Shown one piece after another: positions 10,835 through 21,499 of a stretch of DNA of 64,000 bases. The DNA lies in IMG/VR virus record IMGVR_UViG_3300030041_000009, positions 62,001-126,000 of that record; one strand, 5' to 3'. The position numbers and the translations under genes were made by a program. Below the pieces are notes generated by a model. It was not told the DNA's origin. It did not search any database and was given only the letters and a program-made list of their open reading frames with translations. The first letter of the stretch is position 1; every line of letters starts with the position of its first letter.

Positions 10835-11710
10835 TTAACAATTTATATTATTACCACTATCGTATGTTTCTGTTGTAGTTAAATATCTACAATTACCATC
10901 TGTATATGATGAATACGCGAATATTATTCTAAAATATGCTTGTTCATAATCAGATTGAGTTAAAAATTTAATAGTATAATAAGTTGATGTAGTGTTTATG
11001 TAAATGTAATATAATGATGTATCTGAATTTATTGATATAATAGTATTATATGGAATTATATATTGTGTAATTGTATAACCTGTACTTATTATTGAAGATG
11101 TAATTCCAGTAATAATAAATTCAGTAGATCCTGTTGTTAATCCAGTATAAGAATAACATTCAACTTGATTTGTTATAATGTCACTATAATACAAATTTGA
11201 TATCGTTACTGCACTACTTGGTGGTTGAACTATTGGAGCTTCAATATTAGCTTGCATTACATCTAAAACTACATCATAATCTAATGGATTATTCAAATAA
11301 ATTTGTCCTAATTTATTTGGAAATGAGCCATTTAAAAGCAATAATCTTCCAATTGGATATGTTATACCTGAATTAGAATCATAATAGTAATTAATATTAT
11401 ATGTACTTGGTTCATAATAATAATATGGATCATACGCATCTTCATTCTCATTATCATAATTACCATTATATGTAACTTTTAATAATAAAAAAGTAGATTC
11501 TTCAATTATACCATAATTTAATAAAAAATCTTCAGTATAAGAAGGTAATACTATTCTTGATGTATAACATGAATCATACGGTATTGCAATATCACTGAGA
11601 CTCATAACAGAAGATGTTTGAGGTCCATCTGATGTTCTAAAATCTCTACCCCAATTTTTTATTTCTCTTTTTGTTTTACCATAAAGACTATTACTTGTTA
11701 TTTTTGCCAT
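10835..11710 (-). CDS. Putative structural protein, paralog of the adjacent gene (probable start MAKIT at 11710)
   Basis: Shares KNW..GP..LSL.D.AIPY.S.Y.SRIVL..KVTY..DPYY.YE..YNINYY..NPLDYDV.LDV with 11718..12491. Confidence 0.6.
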   Translation of the reverse strand: MAKITSNSLYGKTKREIKNWGRDFRTSDGPQTSSVMSLSDIAIPYDSCYTSRIVLPSYTEDFLLNYGIIEESTFLLLKVTYNGNYDNENEDAYDPYYYYEPSTYNINYYYDSNSGITYPIGRLLLLNGSFPNKLGQIYLNNPLDYDVVLDVMQANIEAPIVQPPSSAVTISNLYYSDIITNQVECYSYTGLTTGSTEFIITGITSSIISTGYTITQYIIPYNTIISINSDTSLYYIYINTTSTYYTIKFLTQSDYEQAYFRIIFAYSSYTDGNCRYLTTTETYDSGNNINC

Positions 11711-11717
11711 ATTTATA

Positions 11718-12491
11718 TTATATTTTATCCCAGATACCAGTACCTGCATCAATTAGCACGACTACTTCATATTGAGTATTTAATACATATGAATTTAAAC
11801 CATCAATCAAATCTGTATCTTGTGTTAAAATAGTTATAACTCCGTTTAATATATTTTTGATTGTTAATACATTTCCTGTACCAGTTGCTAACGGTAAATA
11901 TAATGAATATGTAGAACCTGATTCTGTTGTACCAGAACATCTTATATATTCATCATCTGTTTTTCCAGAATATGTACTTGATATATTTGTTATAGCATAA
12001 TGTATTTGATAATCAGCAGGTATATCATCATCTTCATCAAATTCAGAATCAACTGTTGCTTCTAATACATCTAATGTTACGTCATAATCTAATGGATTTG
12101 TCACATAAATTTGTGGTATTCTTTCATCAGAAGAACCTGTCATTATTAATAATCTATTTAATGGTCTAAGAATAGGATCATTTTCAAAATAATAATTTAT
12201 ATTATATTTTTCTTGTTCATATGTATAATATGGATCAGATAAACTATCATAAGTTACTTTTATCATTAAGAATGTAACAGCCTTACCAATAAATCCGTAA
12301 AGCATTTTATTAGATTCACCAGCTTTTAAAACTATTCTCGATCTATATTGAGATTCATATGGAATAGCCAAATCTTCTAAGCTTAATTTTTCAATTATAT
12401 TTGGACCTTCAACTGCAATAAATGAGCAATTCCAGTTCTTTATTGTTTTTTCTGTTGGATTAATAAGATCATTAGGGGTGATTATAGCCAT
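11718..12491 (-). CDS. Putative structural protein, paralog of 10835..11710 (probable start MAIITP at 12491)
   Basis: Paralogy; promoter-like motif at 12509-12518 lies inside the longer ORF call. Confidence 0.6.
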   Translation of the reverse strand: MAIITPNDLINPTEKTIKNWNCSFIAVEGPNIIEKLSLEDLAIPYESQYRSRIVLKAGESNKMLYGFIGKAVTFLMIKVTYDSLSDPYYTYEQEKYNINYYFENDPILRPLNRLLIMTGSSDERIPQIYVTNPLDYDVTLDVLEATVDSEFDEDDDIPADYQIHYAITNISSTYSGKTDDEYIRCSGTTESGSTYSLYLPLATGTGNVLTIKNILNGVITILTQDTDLIDGLNSYVLNTQYEVVVLIDAGTGIWDKI

Positions 12492-12580
12492 AAAAAAATG
12501 TTTTCTCTTATATATAAAATTTATCATTCAAAATTTTATATAAACTTATATAATTATATTAACTATAATAAATAAAAAAT

Positions 12581-13327
12581 ATGCTAGATAGGTTTAAAAA
12601 TTTTGAAAAATATAGAAATTTTAATGAAGAAGCAGATTATTTTCACAATCATTTTTATTTAGCTATGAAGGAGGGATTAATTCATTCTGTTGATTATGAC
12701 TTTTTTTGTGAAAAATTAGATAATTTAATAAAATCATATAATATTAAATATGAAATAAAAAAATTAGAAGGATATATTTCATTATCAATTGATATTTCAA
12801 ATGTAAATAAAAAACAATTTAATAAAGAATTGACTAGTTTTATGCATAATATGGGATATTTTAAACCTAGTATAATTGATAATAATGGATTAGAAATAAA
12901 AAGTATAATGATATCAAAAGATACAATATTTAATATAACATTTCAAAAAAGATTTGATGTACCTGATGGAACACCTGATATATTATATCATGCAACAACA
13001 AAATATTATTACGAAAAAATTAAAAAAATAGGATTAGTTCCTAAATCTCAAAATATGATATCTAATGATGTAGATAGAGTATATTTAACTGACAATTTGT
13101 CAGATGCTAAAGAATTTTGTGCAGAAAAAAGAAAATTTTTTAAAAATAAATATGATAAGACAGAATTATTCAATATGAATATCGACGAATGGGTAATATT
13201 AGAAGTTGATATTTCTTCTATTCCTGATTTTAAATTATATAAAGACCCTAAAATGAAAAATTCTTATTATACATATGAATCAATATTAAGTTATGCAATA
13301 AGAGTAAAAGAAAGAGTTAATTTTTAA
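12581..13327 (+). CDS. ADP-ribosyltransferase-fold (Tpt1/KptA-like) protein
   Basis: LYHAT...I.K.GL.PK...RVYL...DP....YYTY pattern; paralog of 39806 and 40518. Confidence 0.6.
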   Translation: MLDRFKNFEKYRNFNEEADYFHNHFYLAMKEGLIHSVDYDFFCEKLDNLIKSYNIKYEIKKLEGYISLSIDISNVNKKQFNKELTSFMHNMGYFKPSIIDNNGLEIKSIMISKDTIFNITFQKRFDVPDGTPDILYHATTKYYYEKIKKIGLVPKSQNMISNDVDRVYLTDNLSDAKEFCAEKRKFFKNKYDKTELFNMNIDEWVILEVDISSIPDFKLYKDPKMKNSYYTYESILSYAIRVKERVNF

Positions 13328-13382
13328 AAAATATATTATAATTAAATTTTTTATATATAAGAGAAATATAAAATAATTAAAA

Positions 13383-15866
13383 ATGAGATATATTTACACT
13401 CCTAAATTTGATGGTACTTTTACAATGAGTTGGTTAGGTACTCCAACGTATACAGATGAAATATCTACTCAAATTCGTGATATTAAAAATTTTTCTATCG
13501 TTCCATTAAAAAGCATATCATCAATTACAAAATTTACAGATATTGTAAAAGGAGAAACTAATGATCATTATTTCAAAAAATATTTTTCTTATAGCAATAC
13601 AAGAAGTGGTATAAGTTATAGTGAGTATTCTCCTATTACAGGAATTACACAAGATTATTGCTCATTAAATAACTTATATTTAAATTTAGCTTATTATAGA
13701 ATTGATGCTGATACTACTACAATACCAGCACTTACAATAAATACAATTGTAATCGAAGGAACTTATGATATTGAACAAACAGATACAATTGTTAATATAC
13801 CAGATAATGAATTTATATTATTTACCCCAAAAGATATTTATAAAGTTTTCAAATTAACTGGTTATGAAATATATGGATCAAATACTAATAATTTACAAAT
13901 TAAATATAGATTCACTCAAGATAATGGTAGAACATATACGCCTTGGGAAAATTTAACAACAGAAAATATATCAACTGTAAAAATAAATCCAATTAGATTT
14001 GCACAAGTTGAGTATTCAGTTTCTAAAATAAATACTGGAACAACATCTAAAATTTATGATATTATATTATTAGGAGATTTTCAAAATATTAATAATAATT
14101 ATCTTAAAACTAATAGATATGGAGTTAGAGAGGATTGTGCAGTTTCTTATCCTGCAGTAAATACTGGAACTACAATTTCAAATTCAACAGATAGTGGTAC
14201 AAATTCAGTTTGTTTAAATGGTATAACATCATATAAAGGTGATAGTAAAACTCCATTAGATTATAGTAAAGATTGGGTGACAAAAGGATTAAGTTGTTAT
14301 ATATCAGGTAATGTTATACCAAGTCTAAGTTCACAAAGTAATACAACTGGATTAGATTCAACTCAAACAGCAGCATCACAAGGCATATTTAATCCTTATG
14401 CTGGACAAAAAATAGGAGATTGGTATACATATTTATCAAATACAGTAGGTAAAATATTTGGATGGACAGTTGATTATCATTTAACAGATCCTGACGGTAA
14501 AGGAATAGATAGTATATTACATGAATATCAATTATTTAATATAGTAGATACACAAAAAATAAAAATAATTGTACCTGAAAATAATTTTCCAGATAATCAA
14601 GTTCAAATAAATGAATATATGTTAGATATGATGGATACATTTCAAGTTATTATATTAAAAGACGAATTTCATAATGCATTTGGAATAGAAAAAAGACCAT
14701 TCCAAAAAGATATTATATATTTTTGTCAAGCAAATCGTATGTATAGAATTAAACATGCTCAAGTAAAAAGAGATATTATGTATATGGGTGTTTATTATAA
14801 TGTTGTTCTTGAAAAATATGAAAAACTTGCAAATGAAACTAATGTTTCTAATGCATCAAAAAATCTTATTGAATCATTAACAAATAATAATACTATAGAT
14901 TCTTTATTTGGCGGAGAAATAAGAGAACAAGAAGATAAAATTGCAAATAAACAATTAAAACCTATAACACACGAAGTTTATAGATTAATTGTTAATCCAA
15001 AATTAGAGATAATTAAAAAAGATATCTATAATTCATTAAAAGATATAAAAATAGCAGATAGCTATTATAATTTATCATCATTATCTTCTGGTACAACCGC
15101 AGTTACTTATACATATAAAGATTCAAATTTGAATTTTAGTGATAATAGAGCATTTAATGTGTGGTTTAATTTTAATAATAGTTTTGATCCAAATAAGGCA
15201 ATTGATGAAAATATATTTAATTCTTATTATGTTAGTAATAAAAGTTATTTTGAATTTATAAACAACTATGATTCAATTAATAATAAAGGATATAAATTAT
15301 CTTACGCAAATAATAATATAACATTGACTATAAATAACATAAATTATAGTTTACCAATAACAGGATTAACAACAAATATGTGGTATGGTTTAACTGTAAA
15401 TTTAGATAATAGACAAAGAACAATAAGTTTAGATTTATTTAAAAGAAGATATAATTATAAAATAACAATGTTTACACCTAATTATAAAAGTGTTATATTA
15501 GATAATACAAATATAAATGACATATCGTATTATACATCAAATGGATATAGACCAGTTAAAAATACTGAAATTGCTGATAAATTAACTGACACAAGTTTAT
15601 ATAATATAGCGTCAATAAAATATATTGATGAATATGAAGGAGTAACTGTACCATTAAATACATTTAATGTTGATCAAAATATAATAATAAATTCATCTAA
15701 TATAAAATTGACAAATATAAGGATATATGATGATGTTATTCCTGATGAATCTAAATCTAATTTATTATTACAACGAGTAGTGCAAGATTCTAATAATTTA
15801 ATATTAGCTGATAATGCAACTAAAGAATTGTATACATCAAATATTTATAATAATAGATGGGAATAA
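13383..15866 (+). CDS. Neck/head-closure protein (T4 gp14-like core with extra domains)
   Basis: G..VDY..D.ILHEY..FP..DMMD.F...K.EF..AFG..KRP..KDIIYF...RMY.I resembles gp14. Confidence 0.55.
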   Translation: MRYIYTPKFDGTFTMSWLGTPTYTDEISTQIRDIKNFSIVPLKSISSITKFTDIVKGETNDHYFKKYFSYSNTRSGISYSEYSPITGITQDYCSLNNLYLNLAYYRIDADTTTIPALTINTIVIEGTYDIEQTDTIVNIPDNEFILFTPKDIYKVFKLTGYEIYGSNTNNLQIKYRFTQDNGRTYTPWENLTTENISTVKINPIRFAQVEYSVSKINTGTTSKIYDIILLGDFQNINNNYLKTNRYGVREDCAVSYPAVNTGTTISNSTDSGTNSVCLNGITSYKGDSKTPLDYSKDWVTKGLSCYISGNVIPSLSSQSNTTGLDSTQTAASQGIFNPYAGQKIGDWYTYLSNTVGKIFGWTVDYHLTDPDGKGIDSILHEYQLFNIVDTQKIKIIVPENNFPDNQVQINEYMLDMMDTFQVIILKDEFHNAFGIEKRPFQKDIIYFCQANRMYRIKHAQVKRDIMYMGVYYNVVLEKYEKLANETNVSNASKNLIESLTNNNTIDSLFGGEIREQEDKIANKQLKPITHEVYRLIVNPKLEIIKKDIYNSLKDIKIADSYYNLSSLSSGTTAVTYTYKDSNLNFSDNRAFNVWFNFNNSFDPNKAIDENIFNSYYVSNKSYFEFINNYDSINNKGYKLSYANNNITLTINNINYSLPITGLTTNMWYGLTVNLDNRQRTISLDLFKRRYNYKITMFTPNYKSVILDNTNINDISYYTSNGYRPVKNTEIADKLTDTSLYNIASIKYIDEYEGVTVPLNTFNVDQNIIINSSNIKLTNIRIYDDVIPDESKSNLLLQRVVQDSNNLILADNATKELYTSNIYNNRWE

Positions 15867-15871
15867 AAAAT

Positions 15872-15903
15872 ATGAAAAAATATATTGAATTTATAACTGA
15901 AAA
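15872..15903 (+). pseudogene. 5' fragment (MKKYIEFITE) of a GNAT acetyltransferase gene split by IS607
   Basis: Joins in frame through GAAAA to 18281 onward, giving MKKYIEFITEKKIVIDKKNYKF. Confidence 0.7.
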
Positions 15904-16007
15904 TGTAATACAAAAATAATAAAAGACTATTAATTATAATTATATAACGTTATATAAATTATATTATTTTAGCAAAAAACGGTATTTTTTATTTAATATA
16001 TATAATT

Positions 16008-16610
16008 ATGAAAGCAAAAGAAGTAAAAGAAATATTGGGTATAACCCAAGTTACATTAAGTAAATATATTAAAAAAGGATTAATAAAAATTAATAAAATA
16101 AATAATTATTCATATATTTATAATGACGAAGATGTATATAAATTAATTGGAGTTAAAAAAATAAAACATAAAAGAATTAATGTTAGTTATGCCAGAGTTT
16201 CAAACCAACCAAGAAAAAATGATTTAAAAGAACAATCTAATAGAATTTATGAATTCTCTATATTAAATGATATAGTAATTGAACAGCAATTTGAAGATAT
16301 TAAGTCAGGTATGTCATTTGAAAGAGATGGTTTAAATAAATTAATTAAACTTGTTATTGAAGGTAAAATTGAATGCGTTATAGTTGAAAATAAAGATAGA
16401 TTATGTAGATTTGGATTCGACCTTATTACTGAAGTATTTAAATATTTTGGTACTAAAATTATAGTCATAAGTGATAACATACAAAACAAAAGTTATGAAC
16501 AAGAATTAACAGATGATTTGATTTCTATTATTCATTATTTCTCTATGAAATCATATTCAAATAGAAGAAAATTAAATAAAATTAAAAAAGAACTACAAGA
16601 TAATAAATGA
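16008..16610 (+). CDS. tnpA: IS607 transposase TnpA (MerR-type HTH + serine recombinase)
   Basis: N-terminal HTH (KAKEVKEILGIT..TL), YARVS, DIKSG, ENKDRLCRFG, QELTDDLISII. Confidence 0.92.
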   Translation: MKAKEVKEILGITQVTLSKYIKKGLIKINKINNYSYIYNDEDVYKLIGVKKIKHKRINVSYARVSNQPRKNDLKEQSNRIYEFSILNDIVIEQQFEDIKSGMSFERDGLNKLIKLVIEGKIECVIVENKDRLCRFGFDLITEVFKYFGTKIIVISDNIQNKSYEQELTDDLISIIHYFSMKSYSNRRKLNKIKKELQDNK

Positions 16611-16642
16611 TATAAAATTAAAAAAGAACTACAAGATAATAT

Positions 16643-18244
16643 ATGATATCAATAAAAGTTGGATTTAACGTTAGTGAAGAGGGTAAACTTAAAATATTAA
16701 ATCGTCAGAAACAGTTTTCATATTTCTTTCGTAAACTTTATAAACATTATGATAAAATTAATGATAAAGAATATATTACTAAATTAACTAAAATATATGG
16801 TTTGAGTGTTTACGAGTCTAACTGTTTAATAATTGATGTTAAGACAAAATTTAAGCAAATTCAAACAAATAAAGATAAATTATCACAGGAAATACTTGAT
16901 TTACAAGATGATATAAAAGAATTACAATCAAAAATAAAATTAACCAAAAAAGAAACAAGGAATCTATTTAAATATCAGAAAAACTTAAGTTATAAAAATA
17001 GAAATTTATCAAAGGATATTACTTTCGGTACAAGAAAACTACTAAAAGAAATATCCTACTTAAATAATGATAAAAAGGAAAATAAAAACACTATAATTAC
17101 TAAAACAGATGAATATCATTCGAATAGAATCCTTCCTTTGAGTCTTTACGGATCTAAATGTGATCCTAATTCTAATAGATTTTTTGAATTTGATTTTACT
17201 AATAATCAAATCATTTATAAAATGAACAGCGAGAATAAAATTTATATCAATTATGTAGTTAAAGGTAATTATAAGAAACAATTGAAGGATCTTCAATTAA
17301 TTAAAGACTTAAATATATTACCTATTTCAGTCAAGTTAGATCATGAATATCTTTGTATTACAGTTGATAATGAAATGATTAATGGTGAACCTTTTGATTA
17401 TAAAACTTACATCAAGGAAATCAAAGAAAAGAATAATGGTAAGTACGACAAAAACATTTACATTAAACATAAACAAGAACAAACATCACGAAAACTTGTA
17501 GGCAAAAATCAAAATAGATTTGCTGCAGTTGATTTAAATCCTGATTATATTGGTTTAGTAATCTTAGATAAAACATCAAATGATGAAGTTAAAGTAATTG
17601 ATAGTAAATGTTATGACTTAAGTGAGTTGATGAAAAAATCAGGTAAAGATGTTACCGTAGACGAAAGTCTTTATCTAACCAGAAAAAGAAAACATGAAAT
17701 CGGTAACATTTACGTTAAGATATTTGATATAATAACTCACTACAAGTGTGGTTATTTTGTGATGGAAGACTTAAACTTTAAATCAAATAGTCAGGATGAA
17801 ATGTCAAAAGAAGTTCGTCGTAAAATAAATAATTGTTGGAACTTAGGCTTCCAAACAAATTTAATAAATAAACATTGTGATAATAATGGATTAATATTAA
17901 TAAAAGTTAATCCTTGTTATTCAAGTTTTATCGGAAATATAAATTACTCAGTATTCGACCCTGTTGCAGCAGCAACTGAAATCGGAAGAAGAGGAGCTTA
18001 TAAATATGATAAGAATGGTTTTTATCCAAAATTTACAAGTACAATGCTGAACACAGTGGTTGAAAGATTTATTAATTCTTTTCCTGATGTTTCAGTTGTT
18101 AAAGATTGTGAAAACTGGGTAAGCCTTTATAAACTATTCAAAAAGGCGGGAATTATATACCGTTGGCAGCTAACCGATATAAAGCCAGTTGACTGTTCTA
18201 GCAAAAATACTAAAAGAAACCATTGGAAAGTGTATACTTTTTAA
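16643..18244 (+). CDS. tnpB: TnpB RNA-guided nuclease (large, lacks Zn finger)
   Basis: RuvC motifs AVDLNP, VMEDL, VNPCYSSFIG..DPVAAA.EIGRR; downstream of tnpA. Confidence 0.85.
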   Translation: MISIKVGFNVSEEGKLKILNRQKQFSYFFRKLYKHYDKINDKEYITKLTKIYGLSVYESNCLIIDVKTKFKQIQTNKDKLSQEILDLQDDIKELQSKIKLTKKETRNLFKYQKNLSYKNRNLSKDITFGTRKLLKEISYLNNDKKENKNTIITKTDEYHSNRILPLSLYGSKCDPNSNRFFEFDFTNNQIIYKMNSENKIYINYVVKGNYKKQLKDLQLIKDLNILPISVKLDHEYLCITVDNEMINGEPFDYKTYIKEIKEKNNGKYDKNIYIKHKQEQTSRKLVGKNQNRFAAVDLNPDYIGLVILDKTSNDEVKVIDSKCYDLSELMKKSGKDVTVDESLYLTRKRKHEIGNIYVKIFDIITHYKCGYFVMEDLNFKSNSQDEMSKEVRRKINNCWNLGFQTNLINKHCDNNGLILIKVNPCYSSFIGNINYSVFDPVAAATEIGRRGAYKYDKNGFYPKFTSTMLNTVVERFINSFPDVSVVKDCENWVSLYKLFKKAGIIYRWQLTDIKPVDCSSKNTKRNHWKVYTF

Positions 18245-18275
18245 TTGTACTTTATTGTTTTTGTATATAACAGCA

Positions 18276-18638
18276 GAAAAAAAAATTGTAATTGATAAAA
18301 AGAATTATAAATTTAAGTTGTTTTTAGATGATATTTTAGTATCTGAATCTAGTTTTAGAATAGAACATCCAGATAAATGGTTTAATGAAAAATATGTAAC
18401 TATTCATGATTTAAAAACGGTTAAAAATTTTCAAGGAAAAGGGTATGCTAAATATCTATTAGAACAGATATTTAATTATGTTAAAAATGAACTTAAAATT
18501 AATATTATTACTTTACTTGTTTATAAAAATAATTATAAAGCAGTAAATTTATATTTAAAATGCGGATTTGAAATATATCAAGATTATGATGATAATAAAA
18601 ATCAATCTTTTATACTTATAAAAAAATTAAAAATATGA
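18276..18638 (+). pseudogene. 3' part of GNAT acetyltransferase interrupted by IS607
   Basis: FQGKGYAK acetyl-CoA motif and N..AVNLY.K.GF; the ORF-track N-terminus is IS sequence. Confidence 0.8.
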
Positions 18639-19018
18639 AAAATTTTATTGAATTTATAAATGAATCTAAAAAGAAGATAGAAGATGATTTTTTATATGAT
18701 CCAGAATTGACAAAAAAACTTAAATATACAATAGATTGCGCTGAAAAATATAAGAAATGTTATTTTTGGCATAGCGCATCAAATTCTAAACAAAGGACGA
18801 ATAATGAAATTCATTTTACCAGAAATTATCCAGATTATAAATTTGAATATAACGGTGATAAATATGAAGTAAGTTTTAATTATAGTGAATCATCAAATAA
18901 TATTAGATTTTCATTAGATATATATAAAAATGATAATAAATCTAATTTAACTGTTATAAAAAATATTTATAATAAACTTAATAAACTTGAAACAGATATA
19001 AACAAATTTAATTTATGA
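18635..19018 (+). CDS. CTS-like/FNL-tagged hypothetical protein
   Basis: MKNFIEFINE...KFNL. Confidence 0.6.
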   Translation: MKNFIEFINESKKKIEDDFLYDPELTKKLKYTIDCAEKYKKCYFWHSASNSKQRTNNEIHFTRNYPDYKFEYNGDKYEVSFNYSESSNNIRFSLDIYKNDNKSNLTVIKNIYNKLNKLETDINKFNL

Positions 19019-19287
19019 AATATATTAAGAAATTTGAAATGATTGAAAATAAAAATTATAAAGAAGGTGAATATATTTTAGTTAATATTTATTTTGATCC
19101 ACATCATAGAGTTGATAAAAAATCAAAAATAATAAAAAATAACTTTGACTCTACAACATCATATAAAATATTATATGATGATAATAAAACTGATACTGTT
19201 CTTTTTTATAAAATAATTAGATATTTAACTACAGATGAAATAGATGAATTTGAATCTAATATAAATGCAATTAAATTTAATTTATAA
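19015..19287 (+). CDS. CTS-like/FNL-tagged small protein
   Basis: MKYIKKFE...KFNL. Confidence 0.6.
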   Translation: MKYIKKFEMIENKNYKEGEYILVNIYFDPHHRVDKKSKIIKNNFDSTTSYKILYDDNKTDTVLFYKIIRYLTTDEIDEFESNINAIKFNL

Positions 19288-19316
19288 AAAAAGAACCTCA
19301 ATATAAGGTTCTTTTT
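19286..19316. terminator. Bidirectional terminator
   Basis: aaaaagaacct...aggttcttttt between convergent genes. Confidence 0.75.
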
Positions 19317-19347
19317 AATATTATATTACAAAGATACAAAATTATTT

Positions 19348-19833
19348 TTAATTTTCAATCATTTTTTTAATATCTTTAGATAAATAATATCTAATTTTTT
19401 TATCTTTAATTTTAAATTCGTAAACTTCAAATTTTTTAATTTGCTGTAACGCATTATTAATGAAATTATTCAAATCTACTATAGCATCAGTAAACACTGG
19501 ATCTGAATCCCAATAATCAGGAAATCTTTTCTTATAACTTTCTAATTCATTTTCTACTATTCTAACAGATAAATAAACATTTTTATCAAAAATATTTGAT
19601 TTTATACTTATCATCTCTTTCATATGAACAATAAACCTATGTACTAAATTATCTGTCTCTATTGTTTTTAGTAATCCTATTGCATATGCATCATTTTCTG
19701 AAATGACGATTGGCTTATTTTCTTTTACAATTTCTTGAATCTCTTGCTCATTTTTATCTTTAAGTACAAATCTTTTGTAGTCACTCCATAAGCAACGTCT
19801 AAAAATATCATCAATCGTTAATGTTATTATCAT
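19348..19833 (-). CDS. Hypothetical protein
   Basis: ORF only. Confidence 0.55.
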   Translation of the reverse strand: MIITLTIDDIFRRCLWSDYKRFVLKDKNEQEIQEIVKENKPIVISENDAYAIGLLKTIETDNLVHRFIVHMKEMISIKSNIFDKNVYLSVRIVENELESYKKRFPDYWDSDPVFTDAIVDLNNFINNALQQIKKFEVYEFKIKDKKIRYYLSKDIKKMIEN

Positions 19834-19930
19834 ATTATATTTATATTTTTTTTATTATTAAGTTATATGATAATTATTATTTTTTGTTTATTTTTTTTAA
19901 TATATAATTAAAAAATAAATCATTCATAAT

Positions 19931-20752
19931 ATGAAAACATACTTGCAATATATCAAAGAAGCTAAAATGAATCAACTCATACAACCAAGTGATGAAGATG
20001 TTTTAGAAGCTGAAAAAATATTAGAAGAAGGAAAAGATAAAAAATTGACAATTAGAGATGTAGGCTGCTTTTATATAGATGTATCTGGAAAATACTCCGT
20101 TTATTATACTTTTTGGAGATGGAATCCAAGAAGTGCATCATGCTATTATATTTGTAATTTAAGTACTGACTTTACGACAGCAGTTAAAAAAGCTGCTAAA
20201 GCTTCTGGTCAAATTCCAGTTATTATAGATAGATTTGGTACATATGCTGGATTATTTCAAGCAGAAAAAAATAAAATATTAAAATTTGGAAAACATCGTG
20301 GAGAAACAATAGGTGAAGTATTCGTAGATGATCCTCAATATGTTGTTTGGTTATCTAAAGGATTTCAAGGAAATGAAGATATGGCGAATGAAATTGAAAA
20401 ATATAAAAATCTATTCTTTGAAACATTAACCAAAAAAAATCAAGAAGAAAGTATAAGTAAATATGTTGGTGAGATTGGAAGTAAAATTACAATAAAAGCT
20501 GATGTTTATAATTTTAAAATCCAAAACACTGAATTTGGCACTCAATATACTTGTAAATTAATAGATGAAGAAGGTAATAGATATATGACTTATAATATTG
20601 GTAGAATAGTAGAAAAAGGTGATACTATATATATGACAGCAAAAGTTAAAGATCATAAAGAAATAGTAGGTATTAAATTTACAGTTATATATTATTGTAA
20701 AATATCTAATGTTTTTAATTTAGAAAAAGATGCAGCAAATTTTAATATGTAA
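19931..20752 (+). CDS. CTS-like/FNM-tagged protein with FGKH.G (DUF3820-like) motif and C-terminal OB-fold
   Basis: MKTYLQYIKEA; LKFGKHRGETIGEV...P.YVVWL; OB-like strands; ends NFNM. Confidence 0.6.
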   Translation: MKTYLQYIKEAKMNQLIQPSDEDVLEAEKILEEGKDKKLTIRDVGCFYIDVSGKYSVYYTFWRWNPRSASCYYICNLSTDFTTAVKKAAKASGQIPVIIDRFGTYAGLFQAEKNKILKFGKHRGETIGEVFVDDPQYVVWLSKGFQGNEDMANEIEKYKNLFFETLTKKNQEESISKYVGEIGSKITIKADVYNFKIQNTEFGTQYTCKLIDEEGNRYMTYNIGRIVEKGDTIYMTAKVKDHKEIVGIKFTVIYYCKISNVFNLEKDAANFNM

Positions 20753-20755
20753 ATT

Positions 20756-21466
20756 ATGAAATACATCAAAAAATTAAATGAATTCAATATATCTGATATA
20801 GGTAAAAACAAATCCTTTGGGTTTGATTTCTCCCCTAGACGTGGAACATTAAATATACTTCATAATAATGAATTATATTCATTTTATTGGCATGAAGCAT
20901 ATAGTGAGATTATAGATTATCTTGAAAGTAACACAATAATTAATAATCCAATGAAACTTTTAGGTAATATAATTGATTATGTTAATAGTATCACAAGTGA
21001 TATCACAAAATCTAATCAAATAATGACAAATAAAAAACAAATAATTAAATCTAATTTATCATATGAAGATTTATTAATAATAAATTCTATATATTCTTTA
21101 TCTACTAATTTTTGGTTAAATTGGGATACAGATTATGCAAAATATACAATTAAATTTATAAATGATAATTTTAAAAATAAATTACCATCATTAAGTAATA
21201 TATTATTTTTAGATAAAATGATATTTTATTATAATGGATATAAATTAGATTTAAATACTAAAAAGTGGACTCCATCAAAAGATATAGATGTTTCAAATAA
21301 AATTTCAGCAAAAAATATTATAAATATTTTTATGACATATAATTTTCAAAAACAATATTTAAAGAATAATTCATTTCTAATTAATAATATTCCTGATGAA
21401 ATATTAGATGATAATATAAGAATAGAATATGACTACATATTAAAGTCAAATAATTTCAATATATAA
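20756..21466 (+). CDS. CTS-like/FNI-tagged hypothetical protein
   Basis: MKYIKKLNE...NFNI. Confidence 0.6.
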   Translation: MKYIKKLNEFNISDIGKNKSFGFDFSPRRGTLNILHNNELYSFYWHEAYSEIIDYLESNTIINNPMKLLGNIIDYVNSITSDITKSNQIMTNKKQIIKSNLSYEDLLIINSIYSLSTNFWLNWDTDYAKYTIKFINDNFKNKLPSLSNILFLDKMIFYYNGYKLDLNTKKWTPSKDIDVSNKISAKNIINIFMTYNFQKQYLKNNSFLINNIPDEILDDNIRIEYDYILKSNNFNI

Positions 21467-21468
21467 TT

Positions 21469-21499
21469 AAAAAGACTGTCATTATGACAGTCTTTTTTT
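21469..21499. terminator. Bidirectional terminator
   Basis: aaaaagactgtca-tta-tgacagtcttttt. Confidence 0.85.

Larger units (their letters stand above)
15904..18275 (+). mobile_element. IS607-family element (serine-recombinase TnpA + TnpB)
   Basis: tnpA-tnpB pair; flanked by GAAAA at 15899-15903 and 18276-18280; imperfect inverted repeat 15908-15923 / 18251-18266. Confidence 0.85.

Noticed and set aside
15904-16007. IStron (group I intron fused to IS607) that would splice out and rescue the GNAT gene
   Set aside because: Only ~100 nt of very AT-rich sequence precede tnpA, too short for a group I core; the same holds for the 125-nt left end of the solo tnpB element.
18189-18275. ORF-track N-terminus of the GNAT protein (MTVLAKIL...)
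   Set aside because: Lies within tnpB and the IS right end; the real N-terminus is at 15872.
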